64,000 nt of DNA. It comes from an uncultured Sunxiuqinia sp. (GTDB lineage Bacteria > Bacteroidota > Bacteroidia > Bacteroidales > Prolixibacteraceae). How positions within the stretch are numbered: the first letter of the stretch is position 1; every line of letters starts with the position of its first letter. Both the position numbers and the translations under genes were made by a program. Location of the stretch: contig NZ_CAXBDD010000003.1 in assembly GCF_963974515.1 (NCBI RefSeq), positions 71,898 to 135,897 on the forward strand, given 5' to 3'. The notes under the pieces were generated by a model, which saw only the letters and a program-made list of their open reading frames with translations, was not told the origin of the DNA and did no database searches. Below are positions 10,229 through 20,033 of this stretch, one piece after another.

Positions 10229-10672
10229 ATGATTCAACGCATTCAAACGGTCTATATACTTATCGCTTCTATTGTAATCGGACTTTTATTTGCCCTGCCA
10301 TTTGCCGAAATCGCTGCCAACGACAAGTTTTACCTGTTCAATATCCAAGGAATCTTGTATGACGGTGAGGTGGTTGAAAACGGGCTTCCAATTATGTTGT
10401 TTGTTGGAATCATTCTGATTATTCACATCGCGGCCATTTTTATGTATAAGAAACGGATTCGGCAAATGCGTCTTCTTGTTTTTGCTATTCTGCTGATGCT
10501 GGGTCTGTTTGGAATGTTTTATTTTTTTACATTCTACAGTTTTAAAGGTTTTGAAGTGAGCTTTAAAATAGCGGTTGTATTTCCATTGATTGCCATCATT
10601 CTTGATTACCTTGCCATTCGTAACATTGGAAAAGACGAAGCACTGATTCGCTCAATTGATCGGATTCGTTAG
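10229..10672 (+). CDS. DUF4293 family membrane protein
   Basis: Starts MIQRIQTVY and ends KDEALIRSIDRIR, both diagnostic; promoter TAATTTTG at 10204-10211 places the start at 10229. Confidence 0.88.
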   Translation: MIQRIQTVYILIASIVIGLLFALPFAEIAANDKFYLFNIQGILYDGEVVENGLPIMLFVGIILIIHIAAIFMYKKRIRQMRLLVFAILLMLGLFGMFYFFTFYSFKGFEVSFKIAVVFPLIAIILDYLAIRNIGKDEALIRSIDRIR

Positions 10673-10692
10673 TTGGCAGGTTTCCTGGATTG

Positions 10693-10944
10693 CTATTCTT
10701 CCAGTTCGGAGCAATCAACTCCCAAACGGGCCATTTGTATTTCAATGTCTTTGGCGGCAATCCCCGGATGACATTCGATCCTTAAAATTTTTTCCCAATC
10801 TTCCAGGTCAACGTGAATGGAATGGACTCCCTCTGTTTTAGAAAGCAAGTCAATGATTAAATCCACTTTCAGTTGATTGTTGATGTTCGTTCGAAATACC
10901 AAAACTTCCAACTTGGAAGCTAAAACAGAATCTGACTTAATCAT
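10693..10944 (-). CDS. Small HMA-like (ferredoxin-fold) protein
   Basis: VLVFRTNI...VDLEDWEKILRI...GVDCSEL pattern of a Bacteroidota small-protein family; TATATTTG promoter at 10974-10981 (minus). Confidence 0.65.
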   Translation of the reverse strand: MIKSDSVLASKLEVLVFRTNINNQLKVDLIIDLLSKTEGVHSIHVDLEDWEKILRIECHPGIAAKDIEIQMARLGVDCSELEE

Positions 10945-11166
10945 ATAATTTTCAGTTTCGCAGGATACTCATGCAAATATATCGCACTGAATGACTTAAT
11001 GAAAGGGGTAAATACGTCAATCTTACGGGTTGTTTGTGCCAGCCGTAATTCTTTTGGTGAGCAATAACCGCAGACTATCAGATTTGTTTTGACGCGCACA
11101 TGAAAAAATTGACGAAGCAACAATTCAGCTTTCCTGAATGAATTCTTCGGCCATAAACTGAGTATT

Positions 11167-11745
11167 TTACCCAAACTGGTGGGACTGAAAAATGATGAGT
11201 CCGTAAATTCCAAACCTCAAAAGGCGGAACAAGGCAAAGTTCAGGTATCTATTCATTGGATATTCTGTGGTTCCGACAAGCATGCTGATCAGTGACCAAG
11301 GGAGTGGGGTAAGCGCTGCGGTGATAATCAGAAAAGATCCGTATTTTCGAAATAATGGCCAGTATTTGCTGAAAAACTTTCGACCTAAAAAGCGAAACAT
11401 TACCACCTTTCGAAGATAACGACCTATTAAGAAGGCCAGGTAGCCAGCACCATACGATACACCTGCAAAAAATATCAGGTTGAAGACGTAATGCCAGGTA
11501 TCACCTTTGAAATACGCCCACAACATAAAAATTTCGGGCGGAAATAAACCGAAAAAGATTTCGGATCCTATGTAGATTCCATAGATGAGCAACGGCCTGC
11601 TGTAGAATCTTTCAAGCCAAATATCTTGATTGTCGCTGACAATATACTCTTTAGCCAGCAAATACAAAACAGCAAGGATTGCTAACCAAAGCAGCCCTTT
11701 CAGTATGTTTTTAAAAAGGAATTTAAACTTTTTTATTAGTTTCAT
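11167..11745 (-). CDS. DedA/YqaA-like (VTT domain) membrane protein
   Basis: SEIFFGLFPPE, AALTPLPWSLISMLVG and LFRLLRF motifs; several TM helices. Confidence 0.75.
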   Translation of the reverse strand: MKLIKKFKFLFKNILKGLLWLAILAVLYLLAKEYIVSDNQDIWLERFYSRPLLIYGIYIGSEIFFGLFPPEIFMLWAYFKGDTWHYVFNLIFFAGVSYGAGYLAFLIGRYLRKVVMFRFLGRKFFSKYWPLFRKYGSFLIITAALTPLPWSLISMLVGTTEYPMNRYLNFALFRLLRFGIYGLIIFQSHQFG

Positions 11746-11868
11746 TTAGTGTTTTTATGTGACTCCAAATCCGTGTTTAAACGCATTTGGAGCCATTTTT
11801 CAGAAGCACAAACAATAAAAAGTCTTTCATGCATCCGTTGTTGAAAATCCCTTTTTAAAGTGGTACTG

Positions 11869-12099
11869 TTAAACTTTATCAATTTTCGAAGCCAGCTGGT
11901 GGTCTTTGTCGGTTACTTTGCCATCGCTGTGTGAGGTCAGGCTAATGGACACTTTTTTGTACGAATGAATCAGGATGTCGGGATGATGATCCATACTCTC
12001 TGCCAATTCGCCTACTTTGTTAACAAAAGCCAAAGCTTCCTTAAAATCCTTGAACGTAAATTCTTTTGTGATTTTCTCTGTTTCTTTATTCCAATCCAT
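11869..12099 (-). CDS. Pterin-4-alpha-carbinolamine dehydratase
   Basis: FTFKDFKEALAFVNKVGELAESMDHHPDI and LTSH...VTDKD. Confidence 0.92.
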   Translation of the reverse strand: MDWNKETEKITKEFTFKDFKEALAFVNKVGELAESMDHHPDILIHSYKKVSISLTSHSDGKVTDKDHQLASKIDKV

Positions 12100-12152
12100 A
12101 ATACTTGTTTTACTGTTGAAAACAAGTTGATTGTCGCTTAGTTCATTTTAAT

Positions 12153-12728
12153 TCAGTCCTTTAATTTTTTTAAAAGCCAAGCCATATTCTCACCCAGTGT
12201 ATCCATAATCTCCAGTCCTTCTTCGTCTTGCAATACAGCGCCTTGCGGACCTCCAATTGCAAAATTCCAATAACTTGAACCAGGTATGATCATTTGGCTA
12301 ATCAGAAAGAAGTTGTTGAGCGTGGTAAAGGCATGGAGTTGTCCGCCACGTCGAACGGCCAGCACGCCAGCGCCAACCTTTTTCTTTAGCAGATGACCAT
12401 TTCCGCGGGTCACATACCCGGCTACATCAATGAGTGCCTTCATTTCGGTATTTACATCGGCGAAATATACCGGGGACCCCAGCAATATACCATCAGCCTC
12501 GAGCATTTTTTCAATGCATTCGTTAATGGCGTCGTTCTTAATATGACAGCGCCCGTTCTTTATTTCACGGCACTTGCCGCAAGCGGCGCAACCATGCACT
12601 TGTTTCCCGCCAAGCTGGTAAAGCTCCGTTTCAATGCCGGCTGCCTGCAGTGGCTGAAATACCCGTTCGATCAATAATTTGGTGTTGCCATTTTTACGCG
12701 GACTTGCGTTTATTGCTAATACTTTCAC
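12153..12728 (-). CDS. Iron-sulfur flavoprotein (Isf / flavodoxin family)
   Basis: INASPRKNGNT, CAACGKC...C cluster motif, GSPVYF, RRGG. Confidence 0.9.
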   Translation of the reverse strand: MKVLAINASPRKNGNTKLLIERVFQPLQAAGIETELYQLGGKQVHGCAACGKCREIKNGRCHIKNDAINECIEKMLEADGILLGSPVYFADVNTEMKALIDVAGYVTRGNGHLLKKKVGAGVLAVRRGGQLHAFTTLNNFFLISQMIIPGSSYWNFAIGGPQGAVLQDEEGLEIMDTLGENMAWLLKKLKD

Positions 12729-12750
12729 GTTGTTGCTTTATCGTTGATTT

Positions 12751-13407
12751 TTAGTTGCTGAAAACATAGGAAATCAGATTGGCCCCCATCTGAAGGGCTT
12801 TTTTTCTAACTTCTGGTGGATCGTTATGCACGGAAGGATCTTCCCAGCCGTCACTCAAATCTGATTCATACGTGTAAAAACAAGCCAACCGCCCCTCAAT
12901 AAACAAGCCAAAACCTTGTGGTCGTTTATTGTCATGTTCATGAATTTTGGGCAGACCATTTTCAAACTGGTATTTTTGCCTGTAAATCGGATGGTCGGGT
13001 GGGAGTTCCACAAACTCTTGGTCGGGAAATACTTTTTTTATTTCGCGTCGGATATATTCGTCCAATCCATAATTATCATCGATGTACAAAAAACCGCCAG
13101 CTTCCAGATAGACTCGCATATTCCGACTCTCTTCTTTCGAGAAAATCACGTTGCCGTGTCCCGTAAGGTGGACAAACGGGTAATTAAATAATTCGATGCT
13201 GCCAAGCTCAACCGTTGCCGGATTGGGATCAATGTTGGTGCTGATTTCCAGGTTGCAAAACCGAATGAGATTGGGCAAGGCCGTTGGATCAGCATACCAG
13301 TCCCCGCCGCCATTGTACTTTAACAAAGCCACCTTTAAATTCGGGTTTTGGCTGAAAAGTACAGGCGCAAGAAACAAAAATAGAATGGTGACATAGCTTG
13401 TTTTCAT
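12751..13407 (-). CDS. DUF4159 domain protein with signal peptide
   Basis: KYNGGGDWY, TGHGNV, YLEAGGFLYIDDNYG, KIHEHD and DLSDGWED motifs. Confidence 0.88.
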   Translation of the reverse strand: MKTSYVTILFLFLAPVLFSQNPNLKVALLKYNGGGDWYADPTALPNLIRFCNLEISTNIDPNPATVELGSIELFNYPFVHLTGHGNVIFSKEESRNMRVYLEAGGFLYIDDNYGLDEYIRREIKKVFPDQEFVELPPDHPIYRQKYQFENGLPKIHEHDNKRPQGFGLFIEGRLACFYTYESDLSDGWEDPSVHNDPPEVRKKALQMGANLISYVFSN

Positions 13408-13600
13408 GTCCGGTTTTATTTAAAAAACAAAGATAGCAAGAATGAGCAATATCGCCAGTTGGAGGGCGAGTAGAAAGTGAATAAAGCACATCATGAATAA
13501 TTTAGCTCATAGTAATCGATTCAGTTGGAGGCCGACATCGAATGGAGCATAAAATAAGATTCGAAGGTATTTTTATAGAACTGATTTAAATTCCAGTTGT

Positions 13601-13608
13601 TATCTTTG
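13601..13608 (+). promoter_or_regulatory. -7 promoter element TATCTTTG; defines a leader of about 150 nt
   Basis: Exact TAnnTTTG match. Confidence 0.6.
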
Positions 13609-13765
13609 CCGAATGCTAAATAGTGCGAAAAGGATGTAGCGAGTAGGTTTAATCAGAAATCAAGAGACGATGATTAAAGTGCGAGTTGCATGCATTGCTG
13701 CCGCAAGCCGATGAGAAGCAGTTTAGTACAAAAATGATACACAGTTAATTTGAAACGATAAACAT

Positions 13766-15004
13766 ATGAAAAAGAGTTTTACAACCCGGTCGCTTCATGT
13801 TCCTTTTTCGAAAATTGATGCCCACAGGGCGTTGGATATGCCTGTTTATGAATCGGTTGCATATGATTTTGAAACGGCCGAAGATATGGTTGATAACTTC
13901 AGTGGCAGACTGCCTGCTCATGTTTATTCGCGGTCGAGCAATCCTACTGTCGAGTACTTCGAGCAAAAAATGAAAGCGCTCACCGGTGCTCACCAAGCCT
14001 TAGCCGTTGCTTCCGGAATGGCTGCCATTTCCAATACGATTTTAGCTATTTGTAAAAGTGGGGATAACATTATCTCCGGAAATCACTTGTTTGCCCATTC
14101 CTATGCTTTGCTTGACCACAGTTTACGTAATTATGGCCTTGAATCACGCTTTGTTGATACCACCGATGCTGATGCGGTAGAGAAACTGGTAGATAAAAAT
14201 ACCAGGGCGATTTATTTTGAAACAGTGACAAATCCCCAACTGGAGATTGCCGATATTTCAAAATTGGCTGCGATAGCCAGAAAATACGATTTGGTTTTGA
14301 TTGCCGACAGCACGGTTACACCACCCGTAATCTTCAATGGTCGTTTTCATGGCATTGATATCGAAGTGATGTCAACGACCAAACATATTTCAGGGGGAGG
14401 GACTTCATTTGGTGGTGTCATTTTGGATCATGGGAGCTACAACTGGTCGCTTAATCCCAACCTGAAATCCTTCAGCATAAAGTTTGAGAAAGATGCTTTT
14501 ATTGCCCGTCTGCGTAAAAACTATTTTCGAAATACAGGCGGGGCTATGTCAGCTCATACAGCTCATTACCAGATCATGGGACTAGATATTCTTGAGCTTC
14601 GCTTCGAGCGTTCTTATGAAAACTGTCTAAAACTGGGCGAATTTCTGTCTCAGCATTCATTGGTAACAAACGTAACCTATCCCGGCTTAAAAGATTCGGC
14701 TGGATACGAGCTGGCAGTCACGCAGTTTGAAGGAAAACCGGGAACGATCCTAACCTTTGAACTGGAGTCGGAAGCAGCCTGTTTCACGTTTATGAATCAT
14801 TTGCGTACAATTCGGCGTGCCACCAACCTCAATGACAACAAATCGCTGATTATTCATCCTTGGTCAACCATTTATGCTGAATTTACAGAGGAAGAACGGC
14901 TGGCAATGAAAATCAGTCCAACGGCTGTCCGATTGTCAGTGGGGATTGAAGCGGCTGCAGATTTGATTGAAGACATTGAATCTGCTCTGGGGGCGTTGGA
15001 TTAG
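13766..15004 (+). CDS. O-acetylhomoserine aminocarboxypropyltransferase / Cys-Met metabolism PLP enzyme
   Basis: YSRSSNPT, ASGMAAI, YFETVTNP, PLP lysine in STTKHISGGG, IIHPWST, VRLSVGIE. Confidence 0.9.
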   Translation: MKKSFTTRSLHVPFSKIDAHRALDMPVYESVAYDFETAEDMVDNFSGRLPAHVYSRSSNPTVEYFEQKMKALTGAHQALAVASGMAAISNTILAICKSGDNIISGNHLFAHSYALLDHSLRNYGLESRFVDTTDADAVEKLVDKNTRAIYFETVTNPQLEIADISKLAAIARKYDLVLIADSTVTPPVIFNGRFHGIDIEVMSTTKHISGGGTSFGGVILDHGSYNWSLNPNLKSFSIKFEKDAFIARLRKNYFRNTGGAMSAHTAHYQIMGLDILELRFERSYENCLKLGEFLSQHSLVTNVTYPGLKDSAGYELAVTQFEGKPGTILTFELESEAACFTFMNHLRTIRRATNLNDNKSLIIHPWSTIYAEFTEEERLAMKISPTAVRLSVGIEAAADLIEDIESALGALD

Positions 15005-15024
15005 GCGCATCAGCGTTGCAAGGA

Positions 15025-16644
15025 TTATTCCGATACTTCTTTTTTTCTTTCTTGTGCGTCGGGGAGGGTGAATATGAAACGTGATCCTGCACCTTTAGCC
15101 GATGAAACCTGAATTTTTCCTCCAAGCATTTCAATGTATGCTTTCGAAATGGAAAGTCCCAGTCCGGCTCCTTCGTAGGCCTTTGACACCGAAGTGTCGG
15201 CTTGGACAAAACGATCGAAAATAGCGTTCAGCTTTTTCGGCTCAATTCCAATTCCGGTATCATTCACGAAAAATTCAAGGGTGCTACCATGGATTTCATA
15301 TCCAAACTCTACCTTTCCGGTTTCGGTATATTTGATTGCATTGTTGATTAGATTGGTGAGTACTGCCTGGACTTTTTCCTGGTCGCTCAGAATCACCGGA
15401 TGGACGTTGGTAAAGGGCTTTTTGCACAAGAATTGAAGACCTTTTTGTTGAGCCATCGGCAGAAAGAAATTGAAAAGCTTATCCACTTCGATGTTAATAT
15501 TTACCTTGGTTAAGTCGACTTTCATCTGCCCGGATTCAATCTTTGAGATGTCAATGATTTGATTGATCAGGTTGAGCATACGTTCTCCGCTTTCTTCAAT
15601 AATCCGAATATAACGTTGTTGCATTTTGTGATCCAGAAAAGGTTCTTTTAACAGACTTGCAAAGCCTAAAATTCCGTTCATTGGAGTTCGGATTTCGTGG
15701 CTAATATTGGCCAGAAAGGCTGATTTTAGGCGGTCACTTTCTTCTGCTTGTTCCTTCGCCTTGATTAATTCTTTTTCAGCTTTTTTTCGCTCATCAATGT
15801 CTCGTATTGAGCCTTCAAAGCCGACGTATTCATTATCGTTGCCGATGATCAGATGTGCATTGATAGAAACAAATTTCAGGGGGCCGCTTTTCGTCGTAAA
15901 CCTGGCCTCAAAATCCCAAACCTCTCCATCTTTTTTAATCTGTTCGATCAAATGATTGAAAATAGACGGATCTTCAAAAAGAATCGTCGCCCTGCAATTG
16001 ATCAGTTCATTGATCGAATGGCCATTCATGCGGGATATAGATGGGCTGATTTCCATAAGCTTACCGGCTTTGTCAATCTGAAAAAATACATCCTGAATAT
16101 TTTCAAAAATATTCCGGTACTTTTCCTCACTTCGCTTGAGCTCTTCTTCCGCCTTGATTTTTTGCTGTTTCAGGTGCGTTTCAAAAAGTGCCTGTTTAAT
16201 AGCCGGGCATAAGCGCTGGAGGTTTTGTTTGAGGAGGTAATCAGTTGCTCCATATTTTAACATTTCAACGGCAATTTCCTCTCCTAATGTACCAGAAACG
16301 ATAATAAAAGGTGTTTCGGGATAATGTTCGGAGCAAACCTGTAACGCTTCAATCCCATTGTATCCAGGTAAATGATAATCGGCCAATATTACATCAAAAT
16401 TGAACTGATTAAGCGCTTCCAAAAAGTGCTTTTCATTATCTACCCGTCTATAATCGATTTTCCATCCCTCTCTTTTGAGGGTCATCCGGATCAGATCGGA
16501 ATCTTCCGGTGTGTCTTCAAGATGAAGCACGCTGATTTTTTCGATTTCAGTCGTGTCGCTGTATAATTGCCCTGACGAAATTTCTGATGCAGAACGAATC
16601 ATTCGTCTAACAAATCCGCTATCACTTTCTTGCATATTATCCAT
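15025..16644 (-). CDS. Soluble hybrid sensor kinase REC-PAS-HisKA-HATPase
   Basis: REC (LHLED, DVILADYHLP), PAS (YRNIFENIQD), H-box FLANISHEIRTPMNG, NLINNAIKYT, DTGIGI, GAGLGLSI. Confidence 0.93.
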   Translation of the reverse strand: MDNMQESDSGFVRRMIRSASEISSGQLYSDTTEIEKISVLHLEDTPEDSDLIRMTLKREGWKIDYRRVDNEKHFLEALNQFNFDVILADYHLPGYNGIEALQVCSEHYPETPFIIVSGTLGEEIAVEMLKYGATDYLLKQNLQRLCPAIKQALFETHLKQQKIKAEEELKRSEEKYRNIFENIQDVFFQIDKAGKLMEISPSISRMNGHSINELINCRATILFEDPSIFNHLIEQIKKDGEVWDFEARFTTKSGPLKFVSINAHLIIGNDNEYVGFEGSIRDIDERKKAEKELIKAKEQAEESDRLKSAFLANISHEIRTPMNGILGFASLLKEPFLDHKMQQRYIRIIEESGERMLNLINQIIDISKIESGQMKVDLTKVNINIEVDKLFNFFLPMAQQKGLQFLCKKPFTNVHPVILSDQEKVQAVLTNLINNAIKYTETGKVEFGYEIHGSTLEFFVNDTGIGIEPKKLNAIFDRFVQADTSVSKAYEGAGLGLSISKAYIEMLGGKIQVSSAKGAGSRFIFTLPDAQERKKEVSE

Positions 16645-17113
16645 TCATTGAAATTTGTGCATTCTACTACCTTATCTACCACATGGCAAAAACAATTACG
16701 CCTATGCTGAATTTAATTAACAACAGGCGTTTTATTTTGTGCCCTTCGCTTAATATGGGCACATCAAATTTCTTTAAACTCTCTCTTAGCTTTTCTCAAG
16801 CTGGCACAAATAGAATGGTTTTGACGACGTTCATTAAGTTGACTAGTCAAAAAAAAGTCTCGCAACCCGAAAGCACTGGCGGGGAATTACAAATCCCTGC
16901 TTTCCAAATATAAATAATTCAGAATACATTACGTCTAAAAGTGGGAGATTTTTGTTTAAATAGCTTTCGGATAAGATATTACTTTTGCCGTTGAGTTGGC
17001 ACTCGTTGAAGTATGGACAAATTCGAAATATGGAATCTTGAAATTTTTAGGATTGAAAAATGATGTCAATGTCAACCAGGTCGTGAATCGCAGTGCTATA
17101 GAAGGAGCATCTC

Positions 17114-17149
17114 AAAAAAAAACGGGTTGCCATCGTCATGGCAACCCGT
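17114..17149 (-). terminator. Strong intrinsic terminator (minus strand) with no annotated CDS upstream
   Basis: Perfect 11-bp stem acgggttgcca/tggcaacccgt with a 9-nt T tract on the minus strand. Confidence 0.75.
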
Positions 17150-17530
17150 AATTCATAATTTAGTTTAGTTAGACCAGAAAATAAATATTGGTTTAAAGAG
17201 AGAAAAGGTATTCTATAATTCTTTCATTTAAAAGTAGTTGTTTTCAAATGCTCTGCTAATATAGCAACTATTTCATTTGAATATTAAAAAAACCTTAAAA
17301 TTTCTTAATGAATAGGAAATACTGCAATTTGGTCATGATATAAATATTTGTTTATCAGACGTTAAAAAATGTAAATATGTTGTACAATACATTTGAAACT
17401 GTAACATATTTGATCGAAAATGTTTCAATATTCCAGAAATGTCATCGAAAAACTGTGAACTTGACAAGACAAAACGGTCTTTTATTCCTAATCATGAAGT
17501 TTTTTTATCTTTGCGAGCAAATTTCTGAAC

Positions 17531-18583
17531 ATGCAATTGTATAATCGATTCAACAAAGAAGAGCTGAAAGTGCGCTTGATGGCTGAGACATTCAAACGAA
17601 AAACCATTTCATTTTATCGTTATGTGTCGATTCAGGAACCTCTGGAATTTCGAAATCAACTGTACCACGACTGGAGCGCCTTGGGTTGCCTGGGGCGAAT
17701 TTATGTTGCCCGCGAAGGTATCAACGCTCAAATGAGCGTCCCTGAACACCATTTGGAAACATTTTTGGCTCAGCTGAACGAGGCACCCGAGTTGAAAGAG
17801 ATACCAATTAAATATGCGATTGAAGATGATGGTAAATCATTTTACAAGTTGACGATCAAAGTACGCCCAAAGATTGTTGCGGACGGATTAGATGAAAACG
17901 TCTTCGACGCCAGCAATGTCGGAAAACACTTAACCGCGACGGAATTCCACGACCTAGTGGATGATCCGGAATGCCTGCTAATAGATATGCGAAACCATTA
18001 CGAAAGCGAAATTGGTCACTTTAGAGGAGCTATTTGCCCCGAAGCCGATACTTTTCGTGAAGAAATTGAGCTTGTCGTCAATGACCTGAAGGACCAGAAA
18101 AATCGAAAAATTTTGTTGTACTGCACTGGAGGCATTCGTTGCGAAAAAGCCAGTGCCTATCTGAGGCATCACGGGTTTAATGATGTCAACCAACTGCATG
18201 GCGGAATTATTGAATATGCCCGGCAAATTAAAAAGCTGAACCTGAACTCGAAGTTTGTTGGCAAAAACTTTGTTTTTGATGAGCGGCTGGGTGAAACCGT
18301 CAATGGAGAAGTGATTGCGCATTGTCACCAATGTGGGCGGAAGTCTGATACGCACACCAACTGCGCCAACAATCTGTGCCACATCCTTTTTATCCAGTGT
18401 GAAGCATGTGCGAAGGAATTTGAAGGATGCTGTACAAACGAATGTAAAACGGTTTTACACGCCTCCGAAGAGGAACGCTTGTTGTATGTTCAAACTTTCA
18501 AGCGTAAATTTGGCAACCGAAAAAGCTTTCGGAAAAGCATCGATAATAAGTTAAATCTCGATGGTCAGGCAGCAAAGGCATAG
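17531..18583 (+). CDS. trhO: Oxygen-dependent tRNA uridine(34) hydroxylase, rhodanese domain
   Basis: [48 protein letters not shown] and Cys-rich tail; promoter TATCTTTG at 17506-17513. Confidence 0.9.
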   Translation: MQLYNRFNKEELKVRLMAETFKRKTISFYRYVSIQEPLEFRNQLYHDWSALGCLGRIYVAREGINAQMSVPEHHLETFLAQLNEAPELKEIPIKYAIEDDGKSFYKLTIKVRPKIVADGLDENVFDASNVGKHLTATEFHDLVDDPECLLIDMRNHYESEIGHFRGAICPEADTFREEIELVVNDLKDQKNRKILLYCTGGIRCEKASAYLRHHGFNDVNQLHGGIIEYARQIKKLNLNSKFVGKNFVFDERLGETVNGEVIAHCHQCGRKSDTHTNCANNLCHILFIQCEACAKEFEGCCTNECKTVLHASEEERLLYVQTFKRKFGNRKSFRKSIDNKLNLDGQAAKA

Positions 18584-18585
18584 TA

Positions 18586-19593
18586 ATGAGTAATTTTTGG
18601 CAAGATATTAAACAACCGATCATGGCATTGGCACCGATGGAGGATGTGACGGATACTTCCTTTCGTGAGTTGGTAGCCAGCATTTCAGAAACCGGATGTT
18701 TGCATGTGTTATTTACCGAATTCACAGCGGTAGATGGTATGAACCACCCCAAAGGCAAGCTGCGGGTTGCGGAACGGCTTATTGTGAGTGAGACCGAACG
18801 GCAACTTCTGAAAGAAAAAGGGATTCGGCTGGTGGCACAGATTTGGGGAAACAAGCCGGAGGTGTTCCACAAGATTACCAAAGAAATTACCGAAGAGTAT
18901 GCGTTTGACGGCATCGACATCAATATGGGTTGCCCGGTAAAAAATGTGGTAAAACAAGGATCGTGTAGTGCCTTGATCGATCAGCCGGCCTTGGCGCAGG
19001 AAATTATTCAGGCCTCAAAGGAAGCCACGCATCTGCCAGTTTCGGTAAAAACCAGGACAGGTGTTAAGCAACACGATACGGAGCGGTGGATTAACCAACT
19101 GCTGGAAACCAGGCCGGCGGCCATTACTTTACACGGCCGCATTCAAAAACAGCAATCGGAGGGCGAAGCCAACTGGGGCGAAATCGCCAAAGCTGTTGGG
19201 TTGCGGGATGCGTCGGGCCTTAAAATTCCGATTCTGGGAAACGGTGATGTGCTATCTTATGGGCAGTCGGCTGACTATTCGCAGCAATATGGGGTGGATG
19301 GCATTATGATCGGACGAGGGATTTTTCACAATCCCTGGTTTTTCAATTCCATTCCCAAAAATCCAGATAAAGCCGAGAAACTTGAGCAACTGGTTAGGCA
19401 CACCCGACTCTTTGAGAAGAATTGGGGAGGCATTAAAAACTTCAATATTTTGAAACGCTTTTATAAAATCTACGCCAATGGATTTGAAGGTGCTGCCCAT
19501 TTAAGAGCAGAGCTCATGAATGCCAACACATTCGACGATGTTTACCGGCTAATACAAATGCAAAATTACCCCGTCGATTTTTCCGAACGCTAG
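18586..19593 (+). CDS. tRNA-dihydrouridine synthase (Dus family)
   Basis: LAPMEDVTD, TEF, AQIWG, DINMGCP, SVKTR, LHGR, GNGDV, GIMIGRG. Confidence 0.93.
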   Translation: MSNFWQDIKQPIMALAPMEDVTDTSFRELVASISETGCLHVLFTEFTAVDGMNHPKGKLRVAERLIVSETERQLLKEKGIRLVAQIWGNKPEVFHKITKEITEEYAFDGIDINMGCPVKNVVKQGSCSALIDQPALAQEIIQASKEATHLPVSVKTRTGVKQHDTERWINQLLETRPAAITLHGRIQKQQSEGEANWGEIAKAVGLRDASGLKIPILGNGDVLSYGQSADYSQQYGVDGIMIGRGIFHNPWFFNSIPKNPDKAEKLEQLVRHTRLFEKNWGGIKNFNILKRFYKIYANGFEGAAHLRAELMNANTFDDVYRLIQMQNYPVDFSER

Positions 19594-19949
19594 TGCGAAC
19601 ACGAATCGTGATCTCTGCAAACGGAATTATCAGGCTGGTAGTCCTTGTTCTTCCAACGTTCAATAGCGGCTTCAATTGATCCGCTAAAACCCGCTACAAC
19701 CTCAATATTTACTGATTGTAGTTTGTTGATGGCTCCTTGTCCGATGCCGCCAGCCAACAAAACCGATATTCCTTTGGCTGCCAGCTCCTGTGCCAGGTTG
19801 CTTTTGCATCCGCAATTTTCTGCTGCAGCCATTTTGTACCGTTTTGTAACTTGCAGTTGGTCATTCAATTCAACGACCGAAAAGTATTCGCAATGACCAA
19901 AATGTTCGTCAATTTGATCTGCTTTGGAGGGTATGGCAATTTTTTTCAT
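19590..19949 (-). CDS. NifB/NifX (FeMo-co-binding domain) family small protein
   Basis: HFGHCEYF, CGCKSN, LLAGGIGQGA and a C-terminal Cys/His tail. Confidence 0.85.
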   Translation of the reverse strand: MKKIAIPSKADQIDEHFGHCEYFSVVELNDQLQVTKRYKMAAAENCGCKSNLAQELAAKGISVLLAGGIGQGAINKLQSVNIEVVAGFSGSIEAAIERWKNKDYQPDNSVCRDHDSCSH

Positions 19950-20033
19950 CTTTTTTTGATTTTATTTTTGTTTATTTTTGGTGCAATTTTCGATACAAAT
20001 ATAAAGAACAAATGCTCTTAAAGGCAAGTTTTA

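Noticed and set aside
10941-11213. 90-aa minus ORF bridging two genes
   Set aside because: Overlaps the DedA-like gene end and the promoter of the next gene; no family features
19590-19949. Nitrogen fixation inferred from the NifB/X domain and nifJ
   Set aside because: Both families are widespread outside diazotrophs; no nifHDK in the window
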